This document shows positions 58,289-64,000 of a stretch of DNA of 64,000 nucleotides, piece by piece. The stretch spans positions 13,290-77,289 of the forward strand of contig CAYNTO010000012.1 in NCBI GenBank assembly GCA_964400355.1, written 5' to 3'. Every line of letters begins with the position of its first letter. The first letter of the stretch is position 1. This DNA is from an uncultured Pseudobdellovibrionaceae bacterium (GTDB lineage Bacteria; Bdellovibrionota; Bdellovibrionia; Bdellovibrionales; JAGQZY01). The notes under the pieces were generated by a model. The model was not told where the DNA came from. It searched no databases and saw only the letters and a list, made by a program, of their open reading frames with translations. Made by a program: the position numbers and the translations under genes.

Positions 58289-61261
58289 TCACTTCACAAT
58301 AAACTTTTTTTGGAAGGGATAGACAACCGCAAGTTGCACCGGTCCCTGCCATTTTAAATATTTTTGGAGTGCATTGCCATAGGCTGAAAGTTGCGACAAC
58401 AATTGTGATTCTTCCACAAACCCGCCCGATTTGTAATCCACCACCCACAACGTGCCGTCTACGATACCCCAAAGATCAATTTGCCCCTGAATAAACGAAT
58501 CACCGTCTTTATTGAGAAAGCTCCATTCCGGCTTTCCCTCTTTGAGCAAACGGGAAAGAGGTGGCTTCTCGAGCTGCAAAATATAATTGAGCGCGTCTGC
58601 CACCTTTTCCGCATCCTCGCCAAACCAGGCTTGGATAGTCGCGCGCAAATCGATCTGCACGGGCTTCGCTAGCACCTCGAGCAATCGATGGAACAAAATT
58701 CCCAAGCGAATCTTGTAAAAATTGGCTTCGGTTTGGCGGAAGGATTTTATCTCCACAAGCTCGGTCACAGCATGAGTGACTTCTTTGTGCTCTTTCGTGC
58801 GGAACATTTCTGGCACATCAATGAGAGGCTGAGTGTCTGCGCTGTCAAACTCGGCAGTGATTTCTGCCGGGTACACCGAGTACTGGCTCTCGCCGAGAGT
58901 GTGCACGCCAGGAGTGCTCGAGAGATGGCTGAGCAATCGTGTCCAGCTGCGCGTTTTTATTTTTTCACACCAGCTCAAATAAATGGTTTTTACAGCGCGC
59001 GTGATGGCCACATAGAAGAGACGAAGATCCTCCTCTTGAAGGCGCGTTTTGTAGTAGGCCAGAATGTCTTTTTCGTAGAGAGAGCTACTGGTTGCCAATT
59101 CCGTCTCGCTGCGTGGAGTGCGGATACACCATTTTTTGCGGACTTCGTCGACAAGAAAATTTTTCGTGTTCTCAATGTACTGTTCATCCGCCAGATAAGG
59201 CATGAGAACATGCTCAAACTGTAGGCCCTTGGCGGCATGAATGGTCATTACCGAAATTTTGTTATTATCAATGGAGCCCGGGGCATCTGAGGTGGATTCA
59301 AGGTATTCCGATTTTTCGCATTCCGAAATAAAATCGTAAAATGTGCCGCTCGCCGTTGCTTCAAAGGTTTTCAGCTTGTGAATGAACATCCACACATTGC
59401 CTTCGCTGCGACCGGAAGGATCGTAAACCAAATGGTTGTCGAAAAATCCTAACTTTTCTAACGCCGCCTGAAAGCCGTAAACATAACCGCGCTCCTCAGA
59501 AACAACTAAAAGACTCACCAATAGCTGAACGGTCGCGGAAGAATTCTTGAGAGTTAGCAGATGAGACCACAAAGGCGCTGTCTCTTGAACCCACCCGGCA
59601 ATGTCCTCATCACTCACTTCCAAAAATGGTGAGCGCAAAAACGAAACCAGATTGACCTCATCGTGAGGATTTAAAAGAAACTTGAGCAATATCACGCAGT
59701 CCAAAACTTCGCGGCGGCGCCAAAACTGCCCGGAGGAGGAGAGATGCGCGGGTAATCGCTTCGCAGAGAGAAATTCTCCCACAGCTTTGAGCTGTTCATT
59801 CTTTCTCACCAATACCGCCACACTGGCAAATGTCGCGCCCTTTGCGAACAAGCGTTGCAAGTGACGGTACATATACTCCAACTCCCGTTCGGCTTCGCAA
59901 CCGGGCTGCAGATACAGCGCATACTCACTCCATGTGTCCGCTTGTGTCGGCTGCATGGGAGAAAACGCACTCCCCAAACCAGCGGTGAGATGATTGATCA
60001 TGCCAAGCATCTTTTTCTCGGAACGGTAGTTGTCCGTAAGCTCAACAAAGTCGCCATTGTTTTTGCGAATGGCCTCCACGGCCGATGCAAAAACCTCCGC
60101 GCGTGCTCCACGAAACAGGTAAATGCTCTGTTGAGGATCCCCCACTAAGTAGTAAGGGCTTTTACCGATCAGTGAGGTTAGGAGCTCCAACTGGAGAGGA
60201 CTGGTATCCTGGAACTCGTCGATCACCCAATAATCAAAAGCGGCGGCATGCTTATCCACCTCTTTTTTGTGGCGCAGAATCAGCTGCTGCGCGAGAACTT
60301 CCAAATCCGATATTTCAATTTTATTAACTGCCTTTTTTTGCTCCTGCAGTCGATCTTTGTACTTGGAAAGTAGCAAACTGAACTGCCCATTGTATTTTCC
60401 GGCAAGATCAATGCATTCTTCGCTGTAATAAGGCTCTTCGAATTTGCGAAGTTGATCGACACACGACTTGAAATCGTCGTACATATCCAGCAGTGACCCG
60501 TCTTTACGAGGCTTCAAGCCATTGAGCTTGATCAAATCCATGCGCTCCACGATGCGTTTTTGATTTTCGGCCCAATTTTCGATGTCTAACAGCGGTACTA
60601 CTTCGTAGAGAACATCAACAACAGACCGCCACTTGTCGGTGAGCTGTTCATTTTTTAACTGTTGCAAAATACCGCTGGTGCGACTGCGTGCCGCCTCTAA
60701 GTACTCTCGCAGCAGCCGGTAGGCATCGTCTTTGGACACAAAAGTATAGCCTTCCAGTGGAAGTTCTTCGGCCTCACTTAAAAGTGTGTGCAATTGAGCA
60801 AACGAGTAGTGTCGCGTGAGATCAGTGAAGGACTCTTCTTCGTCGAGGATACTTTTTAAAACTTTCTTCGATAAAAACAAAGCCTCGGAATTGGACAAGT
60901 AGGAAAAATCGCGGCGAAGCCCCAAGTGCGAGCCGCACTCTTTAAGAAGCCGGTCCAATATTCCGTGAATGGTGCTCACTTGCAGATAATAACCGGAATT
61001 TACGAATGGGAGGATCTCTGGCTCTTCTTTGAGCGCCAGCTGCAAAATGCGCTCAGAGAGCTCTTGTGTGGCTTTTTTTGTGAACGTGGTGACCACCACC
61101 CGCGGCCAGCGCTCGTGCGTTTTATAGAACGACTTCGCAAACGCCGCCACGTCGCGCGTGAGATTATAGGTTTTACCCGCACCCGCACCGGCTTTGACCG
61201 CTTTTGTTTTTACTTGAGGTGCGGCGCTCTGCACGTTTTCCTCCAGTGGCACGTTGGACAC
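58289..61261 (-). CDS. addA: UvrD/Rep-type helicase fused to C-terminal PD-(D/E)XK nuclease (AddA-like)
   Basis: Walker A is AGAGAGKTYNL, DEFQDTSP is helicase motif II, and VMTIHAAKGLQFEHV is motif V/VI. The C-terminal GQIDLWGIVDGTLWVVDYKSG is the nuclease motif. At 990 aa it is shorter than Bacillus AddA. Confidence 0.75.
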   Translation of the reverse strand: MSNVPLEENVQSAAPQVKTKAVKAGAGAGKTYNLTRDVAAFAKSFYKTHERWPRVVVTTFTKKATQELSERILQLALKEEPEILPFVNSGYYLQVSTIHGILDRLLKECGSHLGLRRDFSYLSNSEALFLSKKVLKSILDEEESFTDLTRHYSFAQLHTLLSEAEELPLEGYTFVSKDDAYRLLREYLEAARSRTSGILQQLKNEQLTDKWRSVVDVLYEVVPLLDIENWAENQKRIVERMDLIKLNGLKPRKDGSLLDMYDDFKSCVDQLRKFEEPYYSEECIDLAGKYNGQFSLLLSKYKDRLQEQKKAVNKIEISDLEVLAQQLILRHKKEVDKHAAAFDYWVIDEFQDTSPLQLELLTSLIGKSPYYLVGDPQQSIYLFRGARAEVFASAVEAIRKNNGDFVELTDNYRSEKKMLGMINHLTAGLGSAFSPMQPTQADTWSEYALYLQPGCEAERELEYMYRHLQRLFAKGATFASVAVLVRKNEQLKAVGEFLSAKRLPAHLSSSGQFWRRREVLDCVILLKFLLNPHDEVNLVSFLRSPFLEVSDEDIAGWVQETAPLWSHLLTLKNSSATVQLLVSLLVVSEERGYVYGFQAALEKLGFFDNHLVYDPSGRSEGNVWMFIHKLKTFEATASGTFYDFISECEKSEYLESTSDAPGSIDNNKISVMTIHAAKGLQFEHVLMPYLADEQYIENTKNFLVDEVRKKWCIRTPRSETELATSSSLYEKDILAYYKTRLQEEDLRLFYVAITRAVKTIYLSWCEKIKTRSWTRLLSHLSSTPGVHTLGESQYSVYPAEITAEFDSADTQPLIDVPEMFRTKEHKEVTHAVTELVEIKSFRQTEANFYKIRLGILFHRLLEVLAKPVQIDLRATIQAWFGEDAEKVADALNYILQLEKPPLSRLLKEGKPEWSFLNKDGDSFIQGQIDLWGIVDGTLWVVDYKSGGFVEESQLLSQLSAYGNALQKYLKWQGPVQLAVVYPFQKKFIVK

Positions 61262-63921
61262 TCTTTTTTATCGAAGGGAATCGGCGCATAGTTTCCCTTT
61301 TCGATATTTCGAATCATGTCCTTCAGTTGAGTTTTAAGTTGAGCCACTACGGCCTCGCGAGTGTCCACGCTTATATTTTGTTTGGAGCGTCCAGACGGCA
61401 CAGCGCCTTTGAACCCATGGTCCACGTCGTCGAGAACATAACCACTGCCGCGGCTGCCATCGCGTAAAAAAATGTAGGAGGCCATCACCACCGAGGGCTT
61501 TAGATGGTCGGCACTCAAACCGCGTTCAAGCCCCATTGTGTACAGAGGCATCTGAATCTGAAAGGATTCCGGCCAACTCTCAAAAGATTTAAAATCCGGT
61601 GGCTTACTGGTTTTGTAATCGAACACCGCCAAGTTATCGCTCTCATCCTTATCAATGCGATCTATCTTTGCGGCAAAAGGATAGAACCCCGGCTTCTCGT
61701 CCACAGACATTTGCAACTCGTCGTTCTCTACGCCAATAAAACCCTTCATCACGGTTTCCACAGAATCGACACGGGTTTGCGGTAAAAGCTCGCGCCACTG
61801 TCGCTCTTCGATAAGAAAGCGACGAATCATCAGCAGATGACGATGCTTTTCCCTCTTCCAGTAGGCCAAAACATCGGGACGAATATTTTCGATGACCTCT
61901 TTGGATTCGAGGACATCCTGGTACAGTTTCGATAGCTGATCTTCGCTGACTTGTAAATCGGGATACTGCAAGAGAATCAATTCTAAGATTTTATGTAAGA
62001 AGCTACCTTGAAAAAACGGATCGATCTCCAGATCCAATTCCTTGAGCTCGTCCTGCCCAATCACTCGTGTAGAAAAAAAGATAAACGGGCACTTATGGTA
62101 AGCCTGAAAAGCGCTCACTGAAAAACGACCCTGGTAGGAAAGTTGAAGTGGAGCCCACTGACTGATGTGGTTTTCCCTCGCCATTTTTGGTGTGAGCGCG
62201 CCCTGCTGTTCGGCGCGCTTCATGATGCCGTCCCAACGCGGTTTGCGCTGTGGAATGTATTCTTGAGCACTCTTACTCCACTCGAGCCACGCCTGTGAAA
62301 CCACCGAGGGGTCGCCGTTAAAATCTGTTTCTGCGTAAGACCACACTGCTTCGAGTTGTGGTGAACTCACCGCCCACAGCATATCGTATTCGATTTTTTT
62401 GTCTTCGCTCGGCGGTAAAAAATAACCAAGATCGTTTTCGAGGCGCGACACATCCTCGGGCACAAATGGCGTGTTGTTTGTCACTTGCATGGCTCCGCGA
62501 TGAGCTCCTAAAATATATATGTGCGTGTATAAAAGATGATCGAGTTGGTGCGGACCGGAGAACACCACACCCTCACGGTCGGAGGCCTCAATGCTACTTT
62601 CGAGCCGAGCCAAAACCAGCATCAGATACGAGTTCCACTCAGTAAGCGACAATCTGAGCGGACTCCTAAAATCACGAATGAGAGCATCGACCATTTTGTT
62701 GTACAGCCGGTAATCAGGATGGGTCCACGTGACGTACAAAAAGGACACGAAATCATCGAACGACAATACTTTATCAGGTCGATAGACTTTTGATTCTCCC
62801 AGTAGACTACTTGCTGATTCAATATCGTACAGCCGGGAAAAGTTTTTCTTAAAATCGATGTACGCTTCTTTGTCCTTTGAAAAATGCTCGCGGGCATTGA
62901 GAAAAGACTCTAAGTCCCCCGATGAGTATACTTTGGTGAGCACCTTGATGCGCGAGAGCCACTCCTGAAAATGCGGCAGCGCTGTTACTTTTGCCACCAC
63001 CGCCTTGTCCACTGGAACGCCTTCTTTATCGAAATGGGTTTTTATTAAATCCCAATAGGCTTCTGGATCGGCACATGCCACGGCTATAGTGTGTGCGGGA
63101 ACACCAGCTTCGAGTTTGTCGCGGACGTAGGCCGTAAGGAGCTTGACCTCCGAGAGTACACTCCCGGAGCGAACTGCATAGCGAGTTCCGGCCACCAGGT
63201 GTGTCGTTGCGGTGAGGTATTGAGGGTCGAGTTTTTGGTAACAGCGACCAGAGCGATAAGATACCAGATAGTCCGCACTGGGAGCGATCACCATCACCTC
63301 GAACTCGGTGCTTATTCTTTGGATGAGCTGCACTTCCTCCGGTTGGATCTCGTTACCAAGATCGAACACAAATTTTTTATAGGGTCCAAAATACAATTCA
63401 CTGCCCAACTGTTCGCTCTCGCCCAACATTGTGCTCAGCAGCCACGCCGATCCTACGAAGTTTTGCCGCTGCAGTTCCAGCGAAAACTTTTCTGCGGCCT
63501 GTGTCCAACCCCAAAGACGTTGGGCGCGAATAGGATCCTCTTGGATCCATTCCAGAAACATTTTTTTGCTCGACGAATTGAGAATAGGGAAAATCTGATC
63601 GCAGTAGGTCTTAAAGCGTTGGATGTCTTGATACTCCACGTCCACATTGGCTGCTTTGTACCAGTTTTCGATCAATATATAAATGAGGCTATCAGAAATG
63701 TGCTGCTTCTCAGGACAGTTGGCAACAAACAGCGTGGACCAATACTCGGTGGCTCGCAGAATATTTTGCGTACTGATAATATCAGTGCTTTCAAGACCGC
63801 GCAGCTGCAAGCGGCGCTTGGCCTCCGCCGTAGAAACGATCCAAAGAGTGGAATCATCGAAGTGCGACGAAAACAGCGATTGCTTGTCCTGACTGTGTGG
63901 GATGGTGATCAATTGCAGCAC
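61210..63921 (-). CDS. addB: AddB-like PD-(D/E)XK nuclease subunit with Fe-S cluster cysteines
   Basis: DRIDKDESDNLAVFDYKTSK is the nuclease motif. YHKCPFIFF plus the C-terminal CPTCHWRKTC (CX2CX5C) reproduce the AddB four-Cys iron-staple pattern. The start is GTG. It overlaps addA by 52 nt. Confidence 0.75.
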   Translation of the reverse strand: MLQLITIPHSQDKQSLFSSHFDDSTLWIVSTAEAKRRLQLRGLESTDIISTQNILRATEYWSTLFVANCPEKQHISDSLIYILIENWYKAANVDVEYQDIQRFKTYCDQIFPILNSSSKKMFLEWIQEDPIRAQRLWGWTQAAEKFSLELQRQNFVGSAWLLSTMLGESEQLGSELYFGPYKKFVFDLGNEIQPEEVQLIQRISTEFEVMVIAPSADYLVSYRSGRCYQKLDPQYLTATTHLVAGTRYAVRSGSVLSEVKLLTAYVRDKLEAGVPAHTIAVACADPEAYWDLIKTHFDKEGVPVDKAVVAKVTALPHFQEWLSRIKVLTKVYSSGDLESFLNAREHFSKDKEAYIDFKKNFSRLYDIESASSLLGESKVYRPDKVLSFDDFVSFLYVTWTHPDYRLYNKMVDALIRDFRSPLRLSLTEWNSYLMLVLARLESSIEASDREGVVFSGPHQLDHLLYTHIYILGAHRGAMQVTNNTPFVPEDVSRLENDLGYFLPPSEDKKIEYDMLWAVSSPQLEAVWSYAETDFNGDPSVVSQAWLEWSKSAQEYIPQRKPRWDGIMKRAEQQGALTPKMARENHISQWAPLQLSYQGRFSVSAFQAYHKCPFIFFSTRVIGQDELKELDLEIDPFFQGSFLHKILELILLQYPDLQVSEDQLSKLYQDVLESKEVIENIRPDVLAYWKREKHRHLLMIRRFLIEERQWRELLPQTRVDSVETVMKGFIGVENDELQMSVDEKPGFYPFAAKIDRIDKDESDNLAVFDYKTSKPPDFKSFESWPESFQIQMPLYTMGLERGLSADHLKPSVVMASYIFLRDGSRGSGYVLDDVDHGFKGAVPSGRSKQNISVDTREAVVAQLKTQLKDMIRNIEKGNYAPIPFDKKECPTCHWRKTCRAPHLK

Positions 63922-63953
63922 TGTCGCAAAGTGTATGTGGGACTGCCGTCGGT

Positions 63954-63980
63954 GGCAATACGCTCTGCAAGCGTATTGCC
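63954..63980 (-). terminator. 10-bp perfect inverted repeat upstream of addB (possible terminator of an off-window gene)
   Basis: The repeat is GGCAATACGC-TCTGCAA-GCGTATTGCC. It has no U-tract. A minus-strand TAA at 63990..63988 could be the stop of a gene that starts beyond the window. Confidence 0.3.
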
Positions 63981-64000
63981 TGGGAATTTAGCGTCGCTGC

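Overview
This is a 64-kb chromosomal window from a Gram-negative bacterium. Gene content (type IVa pilus pilMNOPQ with pilD, Mla lipid transport, AddAB-type rather than RecBCD-type end processing, alpha-2-macroglobulin, about 50 percent GC by eye) is compatible with a Bdellovibrio-like or Oligoflexia organism, but that is only a guess. About 55 protein genes are tightly packed. From about 16.9 kb to 54.8 kb nearly all of them lie on the minus strand. Most of that stretch is housekeeping: rarA, pilD-pilMNOPQ, pyrB-carA-orf-carB, lepA-lepB-lepB, metK, cysE, purH, mlaFED, alr and addAB. The window holds one tRNA-Ala(UGC). I found no rRNA, CRISPR array, transposase or integrase. The stand-out region is about 3.0-15.5 kb. 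It is a compact, translationally coupled cluster that combines a Dlt-like envelope-acylation set, a type III polyketide synthase with a crotonase, three different radical-SAM enzymes, an LLM flavin oxidoreductase and a roughly 10-TM membrane protein. The Dlt-like set is an ANL ligase, a DltC-like carrier protein, an MBOAT and a membrane-anchored SGNH-domain protein. I do not recognise this combination as any characterised pathway and flag it as the candidate novel system. Smaller oddities are listed as findings. All calls rest on reading the supplied translations and the DNA by eye; no searches were run.
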